Part shown: piece after piece, positions 28,504-38,985 of the stretch
Layout: each line of letters starts with the position of its first letter
Position numbering within the stretch: position 1 is the stretch's first letter
From: Halothiobacillus sp.
GTDB lineage: Bacteria > Pseudomonadota > Gammaproteobacteria > Halothiobacillales > Halothiobacillaceae
Assembly (NCBI GenBank): GCA_020061705.1
Contig: JAGUXT010000035.1
Location: 2,345 to 66,344 of the forward strand
Length of the DNA: 64,000 nt
Direction: 5' to 3'
Notes under the pieces: generated by a model
Databases searched by the model: none
The model's input: only the letters and a program-made list of their open reading frames with translations
Told to the model about the DNA's origin: nothing
Translations under genes and position numbers: made by a program

Positions 28504-31500
28504 ATGTTCACTCACTACTTTATTGCACGCCCGATTCTCTCTGCCGTCATCTCGATTCTGATCCTGCTGGCTGGTGCGATGGCCATGCTGGTCACGCCCA
28601 TTGAGCAATACCCGGACATGGCACCGCCGCAGGTCAGTATCAGCGCCAGCTATCCAGGCGCGACCGCCGATGTGATTGCCAAAACCGTGGCCGCGCCGAT
28701 TGAGGCGCAAATCAATGGCATCGACAACCTGTTGTACTTTTATTCCACCAGCGCCTCCAGCGGCAATGTCAGCATCAACGTGCTATTCACGCCGGGCAGC
28801 GACCCGGACATCAACCAGGTGAATGTACAGAACCGCGTTAGCCAGGCCATGTCGCAACTGCCGCAAACCGTGGTGCAGCAAGGCGTAACCGTGCAGACCC
28901 AATCCAGCGCCTTCATGATGGTGGTCTCGGTGTTCTCGCCCGACGGCCGCTTTGATTCGACCTACATCGACAACTATTCCAATCTGTATGTGCTTGACGA
29001 GCTCAAGCGCATACCCGGCGCCAACCGCGCCTCGGTGCTCGGTCTGCCGGACATTGCCATGCGCGTGTGGCTGCGTCCCGACCGGCTGGCGCAACTTGGT
29101 GTCACCACCCAGGAAGTCGCCAATGCCATTCAAAGCCAGAATCAGGCCTTTGGCATTGGTCAGCTCGGTAGCTCGCCTGCCCTGCCCTCGGTGCAGCAAA
29201 GCTTTGTAGTCACTGCTCAAGGGATGCTGAGCACGCCGGAAGAGTTTGAAGACATCATTATCCGCACCGACCAGAACGGCGCGGCCATCCTGCGTTTGCG
29301 CGACGTGGGGCGGGTCGAACTAGCCAAGCTGGATTACTCCATCGGCAGCCGCATGAACGGCAAAATCGCCACTACCATTGCCGTCTACCAACAGCCCGGT
29401 GCCAATGCGATTGAAACCTCGCGACTGGTACGCGAGCGTTTGAGCGAACTTAAGCAGCAATTTCCCGCCGGTCTGGACTACAAGATCGTTATCGACACCA
29501 GCGAGTTCACCCAGGAGTCCATCAACAAGGTCGAACACACCTTTTTCGAGGCGGTGGTATTGGTGGTGCTGGTTGTGTTCGTGTTCCTGCAATCCCTGCG
29601 CGCCACCATCATCCCTATCCTGGCCGTGCCAATTTCGATTATCGGTACGTTTATTGGTATGCACCTTTTGGGCTACAGCATCAATATGCTCACCCTGTTC
29701 GGCATGATTCTGGCCATTGGTCTGGTGGTGGACGATGCCATCGTGGTGGTTGAAGCCGTGGAAGAAAACATGGCAAGTCATGGCTTGTCACCATTTGAAG
29801 CCGCAAAACGCGCAATGAGCGAGATTGCTGGCGCACTGATCTCCATCGTCATGGTTTTGCTGGCGGTATTCATTCCCACCATGTTCCTCGGCGGCGTCAC
29901 GGGAACGCTGTATCAGCAATTTGCCGTCACCGTGGCCTTGTCGATCGTGATATCGGGCATTGTGGCGCTCACACTCTCGCCAGCACTGGCCGCCCTGGTG
30001 CTAAAAAACCAGCATAAGGAGAAAAAGGGCTTTTTCCTCTGGTTCGAGCAAGGTTTTGAACATGTTCGGCAGGGTTATCTTAATGGCGTGCGCTGGATGC
30101 TGCACCACAGAGCCATCGGTTTCACGCTGTTTATCGGTGTTTTGGCCAGCATCGTGTTTATGTTTAGTGTGGTGCCGTCCAGCTTCGTGCCGGATGAAGA
30201 TCAGGGTTATTTCTTTGTGGTGATGGAAGCCCCCGACACAGCCAGCGCCAAGGTCATCGGTCAGCTCTCGACCGAGGTTGAAAATATCCTGCGTAACAAT
30301 CCTGCCATTCAGGATATCGGCACAGTCAATGGCTACAGCCTGCTGGACGGGCAAGTCAAAAACAATGCGGCCTTGATTTTCGTGCTGCTCAAACCGTTTG
30401 CCGAACGCAACGACCCTTCCCTGTCGGTATTTAATGTCCTGCCACAACTCAATCGCCAGTTTTATGGCCTCAAGGGCGGTCAGGTATTCGCCATCAATCC
30501 ACCCTCGATTCCAGGCTTGGGCAGCACCGGCGGCTTTGAGTTTTATCTGCAAAACCGGGGGACAGGCGATACCCAAACCACGCAGCAGGTGTTGAACGAA
30601 TTCCTGCAGAAGGCTCGCCAGCGCCCCGAACTGCAAGGTGTGAACAGTACCTTCAAGGCTTATACCCAGCAGATGTTTGTCGATCTCGACCGTAGCAAAG
30701 CCGAGATTCTGGATGTTCCGGTAGCCGATGTTTTCCAGGCCATGCAATCGCTGTTCGGCTCGCAGATTGTCGGTCAGTTCAGTCAGTTCAGCCGCATCTG
30801 GTGGGTGGTGATGCAGGCGGATGCCGAATACCGCGCCGAGCCGGATGATTTCAAGGACGTGTATATCAAATCGCGTCAGGGCACGATGGTTCCGCTTTCC
30901 GCACTGATTACCACTCGCTACATCGCCGCGCCGAAAATACTGACCCGCTTCAATGGCTTCCCCAGCGTCAAGATCACTGGTAATGCGGCGGATGGCTTCA
31001 GTTCCGGGCAAGCGCTCAACGCCATGGAAGACGTGGCGCGTGAAGTTTTGCCTAGCAATTTTTCCTATTCCTGGGCGGGGCAGGCCTTGCAGGAAAAAAG
31101 CTCGGGTAGCACCTCGACCACCGCCTTTGTATTTGGCCTGATCGTGGTGTTCCTGCTGTTGGCCGCCATGTTTGAAAAATGGACGCTGCCACTGGCAGTG
31201 GTGCTATCCGTGCCGTTTGCCATTTTGGGCGCGCTCCTGCTCACCTGGGCTTTAGGCTTGCAGAATGATGTGTATTTCCAGGTCGGGCTGGTGGTTCTGG
31301 TCGGCCTGGCGGCCAAAAATGCCATCCTGATCGTCGAGTTCGCCATCGAGCGCGTACGGAAGGGCATGACGGTCTATGACGCGGCCGTCGAAGCGGCAGG
31401 CTTGCGCCTGCGCGCCATTGTCATGACCTCGTTCGCCTTTATCCTCGGCACCATTCCACTGGCGATTGCCACGGGCCCCGGTGCCAACAGCCTGCACGCC

Positions 31501-31632
31501 ATCGGCACCGGCGTGATCGGCGGTATGCTGGCTTCAACCTTGGTGGCCACCTTTTTCGTACCACTGTTTTTTGTCACCCTCGAAGAGCTGTCGGCCAAGC
31601 CCAGTCAGCCCAAGGAGGCCGCTGATGTTTAA
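28504..31632 (+). CDS. RND efflux permease, HAE1 (AcrB/MexF-like)
   Basis: FIARPILSAVIS, EQYPDMAPP, LAIGLVVDDAIVVVE, GLAAKNAILIVEFA, RLRAIVMTS. Confidence 0.96.
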   Translation: MFTHYFIARPILSAVISILILLAGAMAMLVTPIEQYPDMAPPQVSISASYPGATADVIAKTVAAPIEAQINGIDNLLYFYSTSASSGNVSINVLFTPGSDPDINQVNVQNRVSQAMSQLPQTVVQQGVTVQTQSSAFMMVVSVFSPDGRFDSTYIDNYSNLYVLDELKRIPGANRASVLGLPDIAMRVWLRPDRLAQLGVTTQEVANAIQSQNQAFGIGQLGSSPALPSVQQSFVVTAQGMLSTPEEFEDIIIRTDQNGAAILRLRDVGRVELAKLDYSIGSRMNGKIATTIAVYQQPGANAIETSRLVRERLSELKQQFPAGLDYKIVIDTSEFTQESINKVEHTFFEAVVLVVLVVFVFLQSLRATIIPILAVPISIIGTFIGMHLLGYSINMLTLFGMILAIGLVVDDAIVVVEAVEENMASHGLSPFEAAKRAMSEIAGALISIVMVLLAVFIPTMFLGGVTGTLYQQFAVTVALSIVISGIVALTLSPALAALVLKNQHKEKKGFFLWFEQGFEHVRQGYLNGVRWMLHHRAIGFTLFIGVLASIVFMFSVVPSSFVPDEDQGYFFVVMEAPDTASAKVIGQLSTEVENILRNNPAIQDIGTVNGYSLLDGQVKNNAALIFVLLKPFAERNDPSLSVFNVLPQLNRQFYGLKGGQVFAINPPSIPGLGSTGGFEFYLQNRGTGDTQTTQQVLNEFLQKARQRPELQGVNSTFKAYTQQMFVDLDRSKAEILDVPVADVFQAMQSLFGSQIVGQFSQFSRIWWVVMQADAEYRAEPDDFKDVYIKSRQGTMVPLSALITTRYIAAPKILTRFNGFPSVKITGNAADGFSSGQALNAMEDVAREVLPSNFSYSWAGQALQEKSSGSTSTTAFVFGLIVVFLLLAAMFEKWTLPLAVVLSVPFAILGALLLTWALGLQNDVYFQVGLVVLVGLAAKNAILIVEFAIERVRKGMTVYDAAVEAAGLRLRAIVMTSFAFILGTIPLAIATGPGANSLHAIGTGVIGGMLASTLVATFFVPLFFVTLEELSAKPSQPKEAADV

Positions 31633-33088
31633 ACACGCAAGCAAAAATCAGGCTCATATCCTGGCTCTGGCAAGTCTGATGACTCTGAGCGCCTGCACCG
31701 TCGGCCCGGATTATGTGCGTCCAAAACCGGACATGCCCGAACAATGGCGCACACCCGCCGCTGAAACAGCGGCATCAACCAGCCTGAGCAACACTGATCT
31801 TCTATGGTGGCAAGGTTTTGACGATCCTGTTTTGAACCAGCTTATTGCCGATGCCCTGCTGGAAAACAAGGATATTCGCCTGGCGGCGGCGCGGGTCGAT
31901 CAATACCTCGGCGCATTGCAAACCACCCGCTCGGCCTCGTTTCCGCAACTGGGTGCCGCTGCCGATGCCAACCGCTCGCGCAGTACCGAGGCCGGAGCTT
32001 CGCCCTTTCCTGCCGGGGTTGCCAATCCATCCAGTCTTTACAATGCACAATTCAACCTGGCCTGGGAAATCGACCTGTTTGGCCGCACCCGGCGCGCCAC
32101 CGAAGCCGCACAAGCTCAGGTACTCTCCAGCGAAGAAGACCGCCGTGCCGTGCTGTTAAGTGTCGTAAGCGGTGTTGCCTCCAGCTATATCGCCCTGCGC
32201 GCCAGTGACCGCAAACTGGAAATTGCCCAGGCGACACTCAAAAACTACGCCGAAACCCTGCGTATATTTGAATTGCGTTTTGCTGGTGGAGTCATTTCGC
32301 AACTTGAGCTGGCGCAGGTGCAGTCGCAATACCAGCTCGCCCTTGCCACCATTCCAAGCATCGAACAACAGATTGCCGCGCAGGAAAATCTGCTGTCCAC
32401 CCTACTTGGTCGCAACCCGGGCACCATACCGCGCGGCAAACCGCTTGCGCAGCTCGGCTTTCCGCCCATTCCCGAGGGCCTGCCCTCCTCCCTGCTGGAA
32501 CGTCGTCCGGACATGCTGCGCGCCGAAGCCGATCTTATGGCCGCCAACGCACAAGTGGGCGTGGCACGCTCGCTGTATTTCCCCACGCTCTCGCTCACCG
32601 GAGCCTATGGCTCGGCCAGCAACTCGCTCTCCAGCCTGTTCAGCGGTTCGGCTACGGCCTGGGGTTTGGGGGCAAACCTCGCCATGCCGCTGGCGACCTT
32701 CGGTAATATCGAGGGGCAAGTGAAGTCCGCCGAAGCCGTGTATGCACAACAAAGCATCCGTTATCAGCAAAGCGCACAGCAAGCGTTGCGCGAGGTCAAT
32801 GATGCACTCACCGGAATTGAAAAAAGCCGCGCTGCGCTTAGTGCGCAAAACAAGCGCGTCGCCGCACTCAAGGAAACCGCTTACTTCGCCCGCCTACGCT
32901 TTGACAACGGCCTGACCAGCTATCTGGAAGTTCTGAGTTCCGAAGACGACCTGTTCAATGCCCAGCTCAACAACGTCGATGCGCAAAGCGCGAGCTACGG
33001 CCAAGTTATCAACGCTTACAAGGCCATGGGCGGCGGCTGGGTCAGCCAAGCGGATGGATTGAGCGTCAAGCCTGCGGATACCAGGTAG
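31625..33088 (+). CDS. RND outer-membrane factor lipoprotein (OprM/NodT-like)
   Basis: Lipobox LSACTVGPDY, WWQGFDDPVLNQL, WEIDLFG, LLERRPD, YKAMGGGW. Confidence 0.95.
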   Translation: MFKHASKNQAHILALASLMTLSACTVGPDYVRPKPDMPEQWRTPAAETAASTSLSNTDLLWWQGFDDPVLNQLIADALLENKDIRLAAARVDQYLGALQTTRSASFPQLGAAADANRSRSTEAGASPFPAGVANPSSLYNAQFNLAWEIDLFGRTRRATEAAQAQVLSSEEDRRAVLLSVVSGVASSYIALRASDRKLEIAQATLKNYAETLRIFELRFAGGVISQLELAQVQSQYQLALATIPSIEQQIAAQENLLSTLLGRNPGTIPRGKPLAQLGFPPIPEGLPSSLLERRPDMLRAEADLMAANAQVGVARSLYFPTLSLTGAYGSASNSLSSLFSGSATAWGLGANLAMPLATFGNIEGQVKSAEAVYAQQSIRYQQSAQQALREVNDALTGIEKSRAALSAQNKRVAALKETAYFARLRFDNGLTSYLEVLSSEDDLFNAQLNNVDAQSASYGQVINAYKAMGGGWVSQADGLSVKPADTR

Positions 33089-33103
33089 TTTTGACTTACC
33101 AGG

Positions 33104-33304
33104 AGGCTGAAAAACTCAACCATGAGTTTTTCAGCCCTACCGAATCCGGTGGGCTTGCGCCAGCTTAACGCGAAGCTGACGAAGTCCGCGTTCACGCCCG
33201 GGTTCGATAGCGACAAATCAATCACATGCGTGATTGATTAGCGTGTGGGACATCCATGTCCCACAGTAACAGGCTGCTGACATGAATATTTCAGCAGCCT
33301 GTTA
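33104..33304. repeat. Cluster of nested hairpins; MITE-like with CAGGCTGCTGA-type ends
   Basis: GGCTGAAAAACTCA/TGAGTTTTTCAGCC, AATCAATCAC/GTGATTGATT, TGTGGGACAT/ATGTCCCACA, TAACAGGCTGCTGA/TCAGCAGCCTGTTA. Confidence 0.7.
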
Positions 33305-34399
33305 CAACCCGCCGCTCGCCTGGCCCAATTCTTCCAGCAATTCCGCCTGATAGGCCTGGTTCAGCGGCTCAATCACTTGTTCCAGCGCGCCTTGCATCAA
33401 CTCATCCAGCCGGTAGAGCGTCAGGTTGATGCGATGATCGGTCACCCGCCCCTGCGGGAAATTATAGGTACGGATACGCTCGGAGCGGTCCCCCGAGCCA
33501 ACCAGCTTTTTGCGCTCTGCCGCCTGTGCGCTTTGACGTTCACTGCGTTCAATATCGACCAGTTTGGCTTTCAGCCACCCCATGGCCCGCGCACGATTCT
33601 TGTGCTGCGAACGCTCCTCTTGGCATTCGACCACAATCCCCGTAGGCAAATGCGTGATACGAATCGCCGACTCGGTCTTGTTGACGTGCTGTCCACCCGC
33701 GCCGGAGGAGCGGAAAGTATCCACTTTCAGCTCGGCCGGGTTGATGTCGATTTCTTCTGCCTCATCAAGCTCCGGCAAAATCGCCACCGTGGCCGCCGAA
33801 GTATGCACCCGCCCCTGCGACTCGGTTTCCGGCACACGCTGCACCCGATGCGCTCCCGATTCAAATTTAAGTTGCGAATACGCGCCCTGCCCTTGAATGC
33901 GTGCAATGACTTCCTTGTAGCCGCCATGTTCGCCAGGGCTTTCGCTCAGAATCTCGACTGGCCAGCGCTGGCGCTCGGCATAGCGGGCGTACATGCGCAT
34001 CAGATCACCCGCAAAAATTGCAGCTTCATCACCGCCCGTTCCAGCGCGGATTTCCAAAAAGATATTGTGGCTATCAAATGGATCCTTGGGCAGCAAATGG
34101 GTTTGCAATTCCTTTTCGTAGGTTTCGAGTTGCGTCTGCAACAGCCCAATTTCTTCTTCGGCCATCTCACGCAATTCGGCATCACCCCCCGCCGCCATTT
34201 CGCGCGCCGCCTGCAAGTCGGCCTGCGTCGCATCATAAGCACGCAAGCTGGCCACCACCGGCTCAAGCTGGGCGTATTCGCGAGATAGATCACGAAAGCG
34301 CGTCTGATCGTTGATGATTTCCGGGCTGGAGAGCAGCGCGCTCATTTCTTCAAAACGCTCGGCCAAACGCTGTAAGCGTTCAAAAATAAAATCTTGCAT
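33302..34399 (-). CDS. prfA: Peptide chain release factor 1
   Basis: [27 protein letters not shown] (PxT), [26 protein letters not shown]. Confidence 0.98.
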   Translation of the reverse strand: MQDFIFERLQRLAERFEEMSALLSSPEIINDQTRFRDLSREYAQLEPVVASLRAYDATQADLQAAREMAAGGDAELREMAEEEIGLLQTQLETYEKELQTHLLPKDPFDSHNIFLEIRAGTGGDEAAIFAGDLMRMYARYAERQRWPVEILSESPGEHGGYKEVIARIQGQGAYSQLKFESGAHRVQRVPETESQGRVHTSAATVAILPELDEAEEIDINPAELKVDTFRSSGAGGQHVNKTESAIRITHLPTGIVVECQEERSQHKNRARAMGWLKAKLVDIERSERQSAQAAERKKLVGSGDRSERIRTYNFPQGRVTDHRINLTLYRLDELMQGALEQVIEPLNQAYQAELLEELGQASGGL

Positions 34400-34463
34400 T
34401 CAATGGGTTCGTTATTGTTGTTGTGAGTCGATGTGTGACCGTTTGCGCAAACGGCGTGGATTT

Positions 34464-35046
34464 GGATTTCGGTTTTGGATTTCACGTCCCCTTTGCGATG
34501 CTGCCGCGAACCAAGTTGCAAAAGTGAGGTAAAAGCGCCATGGATGGCGCATTGAGCCTCGTCGCGACATGGATGTCGCGTCGGGGCGACCTCGCTTTTA
34601 CAACTTGGTTCGCGGCTTGCCCGTAGGGCAGCATCGTTGGGGCGCATTTCTTTGGTGACTTTCTTTGTGCGAGCAAAGAAAGTTACTCGCCCGAGTCAAT
34701 GATGCTCTGTACGAAGTGCGCACCTTGAAACGGGCGAAACAATGCCACCGGCCTTGAACGGTTAGTGGATTATTTCGCCCGTCTTGACGGAACCACTCCG
34801 TAGCAGACTTACGTGGCAACGGGCGAGTCACTTTTCTTGCTTGTGCAAGAAAAGTAACCAAAAGAACACACCCCGTTGATGCCGCCCTGCGGGCAAGCCG
34901 TGAACTGACCCGCTCCAGCCGGGGCGTCTCAACGCGACATCCTGTCGCGGAGAGACTAAAAGCGCCATCCATGGCGCTTTTACCCGGCCTACACAGGCCA
35001 GTCCACGGCGGCATCAAAAGGGGACGGGAAATCCAAAACAAAATCC
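34464..35046. repeat. Large imperfect inverted repeat: two ~230-bp composite units in opposite orientation
   Basis: 34464-34693 is the reverse complement (diverged) of 34820-35046; shared submotifs GTAAAAGCGCCATGGATGGCGC, CGCGACA.GGATGTCGCG, TTTGGT.ACTTT.CTT...AAGAAAG. Confidence 0.85.
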
Positions 35047-35071
35047 TCGCATGGCGAAAGTGCCCACCCTG

Positions 35072-36328
35072 TTAATCGTGATGCAAATCAAACAACCGCC
35101 GCGTAGCCAACGCCAACTCATGCCGCCCATCCTGACTAGCCTCCCGCAAGGCGACGGTCGGCTCGTGCATTAGCTTGTTGGTCAACGCATGTGCCAAATG
35201 GCGCAAGGTATCCTCCGCTGAATGCCCATGTGCCAGTTCGCGCAGCGCACGCTCCAGCACCTCATCACGCACCTGCTCGGCATGGCCGCGTAACTCGCGG
35301 ATGACCGCCACACCACCCTGCACACGCCACCAGTCAATGAAGTGACCGACCTGGGTATCGATAATCTCTTCCGCCTGTAGCGCCGCCTCCTGACGAGAGC
35401 GTCGCCCCTCGTCGATCACCTGCTCAAGATCATCAACCGTGTAGAGATACACATCTTCCAGTGCACCTACTTCCGGCTCGATGTCGCGTGGCACGGCGAT
35501 GTCCACCATGAAAATGGGGCGACGCTTGCGGCGTTTCAATGCACTTTCCACCGCACCCTTGCCCAGAATCGGCAGGGTGCTCGCAGTGGCGGTAATCACG
35601 ATATCAGCTTCATGCAGATGCTCGCCCAGCTCACTCAGGGCAATGGCATACGCGCCCAGCGGCTCGGCCAGGGCGTGGGCGCGCTCAATGGTGCGATTGG
35701 CAATCACCATGCGTCCAATGCCGTGACTGTGCAAATGACGCGCTGCCAATTCGATGGTCTCCCCAGCGCCAATCAACAACGCGGTTTTACGGTTGAAATC
35801 ACCAAAAATCTGCTTGGCCAGGCTCACAGCGGCAAACGCCACTGACACCGGACTGGCACCAATCGCCGTATCGGTGCGCACCTGCTTGGCCACTGAAAAA
35901 GCGTGTTGAAACAGACGATTGAGCAACGGCCCCACGGCGCGCATTTCACCCGCTTGGGCATAGGCGGTTTTGATTTGCCCCAAAATCTGGGGTTCCCCCA
36001 ACACCAGCGAATCCAGACCCGATGAAACACGCAAAAGATGACGAATCGCTTCTGTTTCGTGATGGACGTAAAGAAAAGGTCGAACCTCGTCTTCACGCAA
36101 GCCGTGGGTTTCAGGGAACCAGCGCAGAACCTCCTGCTCGCCGGCTTCGCCTACGGCGGCATACACCTCGGTACGGTTGCAGGTGGAAACAATCGCGCCC
36201 TCACGCACTTGGGGCAGGCGCAGCATTTCGCCTAAAGCCTGCTGCATCCGTTCCGTAGTAAAGGCCACACGCTCGCGCACCGAAAGCGGCGCGGTGCGAT
36301 GATTAAGACCCAAGGCAATGATGGACAT
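35072..36328 (-). CDS. hemA: Glutamyl-tRNA reductase
   Basis: GLNHRTAP, STCNRTE, GLDSLVLGEPQILGQ, GAGET, DIAVPRDI. Confidence 0.98.
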   Translation of the reverse strand: MSIIALGLNHRTAPLSVRERVAFTTERMQQALGEMLRLPQVREGAIVSTCNRTEVYAAVGEAGEQEVLRWFPETHGLREDEVRPFLYVHHETEAIRHLLRVSSGLDSLVLGEPQILGQIKTAYAQAGEMRAVGPLLNRLFQHAFSVAKQVRTDTAIGASPVSVAFAAVSLAKQIFGDFNRKTALLIGAGETIELAARHLHSHGIGRMVIANRTIERAHALAEPLGAYAIALSELGEHLHEADIVITATASTLPILGKGAVESALKRRKRRPIFMVDIAVPRDIEPEVGALEDVYLYTVDDLEQVIDEGRRSRQEAALQAEEIIDTQVGHFIDWWRVQGGVAVIRELRGHAEQVRDEVLERALRELAHGHSAEDTLRHLAHALTNKLMHEPTVALREASQDGRHELALATRRLFDLHHD

Positions 36329-36511
36329 GGAAGTAATAGTGCCAGCCCGTGCGTGATGCGAATTTAAAGGACTGGCGATTTTCAAGCATTCGAAGCGTAT
36401 TGACAAGCAAACGACCATGGTTCCGACACGGAAATACAGCTCACAATCCTTGATCTGCGGAACCGCGCGCATACATCCTGCTAGAATGCGCCAGCCTCAT
36501 GAGGAATATCC

Positions 36512-38332
36512 ATGCCCAAATCTAGTGTTATATCGCTGTCACTGCTTGTCCTACTTGTTGGCGGTGCAAGCCTTGGCCTCGTTGCCTGTGCAAACAATCC
36601 GGCAGGCGATGCGTCCAGTGAAAGTGAAACACCTGCAGCGCAGGGCTATGGTGCTCATGAATCGCTGACTATCATTCCTGCATCCCAAAGTGCGGGCAGC
36701 GCCAGCGATCAACGTGCGCAGGCGTTTTATCTGCTGATGCAAGCAGAACTGGCAGGGCAACGTGGCAAGGTGGCTGAGGCGGGAAAACTCTATCTGCGCG
36801 CTGCCGAGCTGAGTCGAGACCCGCAAACCGCCGAGCGCGCCGTTAAAATCGCCCTGCTCGCCCACGACACGACAACCAGCAACCAGGCATTGGCCTTGTG
36901 GGTCAAGCTAGAACCGCAGAACTCCGCACGCTGGCCGATGGAAGTGCTGGCCGCAGTACGTCAACAAAATGACGCTCTCGCCCTTAAAATCATCACGCAG
37001 AACCTGCCTCCCCAAACTCCGGCGCGCAAGGAAGGCTATCAACAACTGCTTACGCTCTTGATTCATGAGGGCTCAAGCATCCTGCCGCTACTGCATCAAG
37101 TTGCGCAAACACACACCCAAGATGCAGAGGCATGGTTCGCGCTGGCGCAAGCCGCCATCAACTTCAAGGAATGGGACACGGCGCGCGCAGCCTTGCGCAA
37201 AACCATCCATCTGGAACCGACACGCAAGGATGCCTATTTGTTGCTGGCGGATAGCTATTTCAGTCAGAAAGACACCGCCGCCGGTGTCGATGTTCTGCGC
37301 GATATGGTGCAGCAATTTCCCAAAGACCAACGCCTGCGTATGACTTATGCGCGAGCGCTGCACGAAGCAGGGCGCACTCAGGAAGCGCGCGACCTGCTGA
37401 GCAATATGCTGCAAAAATCTCCCAATGATCAGGATTTGCGCTATGCCGTGGCGCTCATGGCTTTGGAAAGTGGCGACTTCAGCACCGCCGAACGCGAGTT
37501 AAAAATCCTGCATCGCAACAAGGAGCGCGCCACAACCGCAGCCTACTACCTTGGCCGCCTGAGTGAACAACGTGGCCAAATCGATGCTGCCTTACGCTGG
37601 TACCGCCAAACCCTGGGTGGTGCGAAAAATGGCACCCACAATGGCGAATTTGCAACCGAAGCCCTGCTGCGCATGGCACACATCGAGATGAGCGCTGGCC
37701 GCACGCAGGAAGCCCAGAATCACCTCGCACAAGCACGTAGCCTAAGTCCCACCGATGAAGAGCGCGTACGTTTTTACCTCATCGAAACGCAACTTCTCCG
37801 TCAGTCCGAACGCGTCCAGGACGCTTACAACATAATCCAACAAGCGCTCAATGAAGTACCCGGCGAACCTGATCTGCTCTATTCTCGCGCCCTGTTGGGT
37901 GAACAGCTCGGCCTTTTTGAGCAATCGGAAGCTGATTTGCGCGCCATTCTTGCCCAGGATCCGAAAAACCCCGAAGCACTCAATGCGCTGGGTTTCACCC
38001 TTGCTGAACGCAATACCAAGCTTGATGAAGCCTATACGCTGATTAGTACATCGTTGCAGCTTGACCCAAAAAGTGCCGCGACGATGGACAGCATGGGCTG
38101 GGTGCTATTTCGACAAGGCAAACTGATCGAGGCCGAGAACTATTTGCGTCAAGCCTTTGCCCTGAATCAGGATGCAGAAATTGCAGGTCATTTGGCTGAG
38201 GTTCTTGTGGCGCAACAACGCCGTGATGAAGCACGCAAACTTCTGGACGATGCTCTCAAGCGTGACCCACAAGACAAATACCTGCTCAAGCTTGATGCTC
38301 GCTTGCGCGCAGAAACACCTTTGCAACCGTGA
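36512..38332 (+). CDS. TPR-repeat lipoprotein (conserved hemA-lolB neighbour)
   Basis: Lipobox LVAC, many TPRs, ALNALGFTLAE, DSMGWVLFRQG, EIAGHLAEVL. Confidence 0.9.
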   Translation: MPKSSVISLSLLVLLVGGASLGLVACANNPAGDASSESETPAAQGYGAHESLTIIPASQSAGSASDQRAQAFYLLMQAELAGQRGKVAEAGKLYLRAAELSRDPQTAERAVKIALLAHDTTTSNQALALWVKLEPQNSARWPMEVLAAVRQQNDALALKIITQNLPPQTPARKEGYQQLLTLLIHEGSSILPLLHQVAQTHTQDAEAWFALAQAAINFKEWDTARAALRKTIHLEPTRKDAYLLLADSYFSQKDTAAGVDVLRDMVQQFPKDQRLRMTYARALHEAGRTQEARDLLSNMLQKSPNDQDLRYAVALMALESGDFSTAERELKILHRNKERATTAAYYLGRLSEQRGQIDAALRWYRQTLGGAKNGTHNGEFATEALLRMAHIEMSAGRTQEAQNHLAQARSLSPTDEERVRFYLIETQLLRQSERVQDAYNIIQQALNEVPGEPDLLYSRALLGEQLGLFEQSEADLRAILAQDPKNPEALNALGFTLAERNTKLDEAYTLISTSLQLDPKSAATMDSMGWVLFRQGKLIEAENYLRQAFALNQDAEIAGHLAEVLVAQQRRDEARKLLDDALKRDPQDKYLLKLDARLRAETPLQP

Positions 38333-38985
38333 GCCCCATGACCTTACTTACCCGCGCACTCGTATTGCTCAGCCTGTTGGCGTTAGGCGGCTGCGCGTCG
38401 CTACCTGAAGCCCCCGATAGCGGCACACTGCCCAGCACCGAAGGCGCACTAGATCGCGACGTACAACGTCTTGATCTATGGCTCGCGCGGCAGCACGCTG
38501 TGCAAAAACTCAACACGTGGCGCTGTGAAGGTCGCGCCGCAATCATCGCGCAAAACGGCGGGGGGCAAATCAGTTTCGACTGGCAGCACAGCCCCAAAGA
38601 CCAGGTGTTAAGTATCAAAACACCGCTCGGACAAAATGCCATGCAACTCACTGTCAACCCCAGTGGAGCAACCCTGATCGACCATGACGGTCAGGTTATC
38701 CAGGGTGAAAATGGCGAAGCCATGCTCAGGGAGGCGCTTGGCTGGAGTGTACCGCTTGAATCTCTGCGTGCGTGGCTACTGGGCTTGCCAGCCACACGTG
38801 AAGACAGCTACACCCTTGATCCTCAAGGCCGTTTGCTCACCATCGACAGTCAAGGCTGGACGATTGAATACAAACGCTACAGCGAGATCATCGGGCAAGG
38901 CATGAGCTTGAGCCTGCCGAGCAAGTTTGAGCTGCGCCGCAGTGAGATGAGCCTGCGCTTGGTGATTGACCGATGGACGTTCTGA
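38329..38985 (+). CDS. lolB: Outer-membrane lipoprotein receptor LolB
   Basis: Lipobox LGGC, GWSVPLESLRAWLLG, QGWTIEY; position upstream of ispE. Confidence 0.9.
   Translation: MSPMTLLTRALVLLSLLALGGCASLPEAPDSGTLPSTEGALDRDVQRLDLWLARQHAVQKLNTWRCEGRAAIIAQNGGGQISFDWQHSPKDQVLSIKTPLGQNAMQLTVNPSGATLIDHDGQVIQGENGEAMLREALGWSVPLESLRAWLLGLPATREDSYTLDPQGRLLTIDSQGWTIEYKRYSEIIGQGMSLSLPSKFELRRSEMSLRLVIDRWTF

Noticed and set aside
30001-31011. 336-aa minus-strand ORF
   Set aside because: Antisense shadow of the RND permease
34598-35041. 147-aa ORF between prfA and hemA
   Set aside because: Lies wholly within the inverted repeat element; no protein motifs
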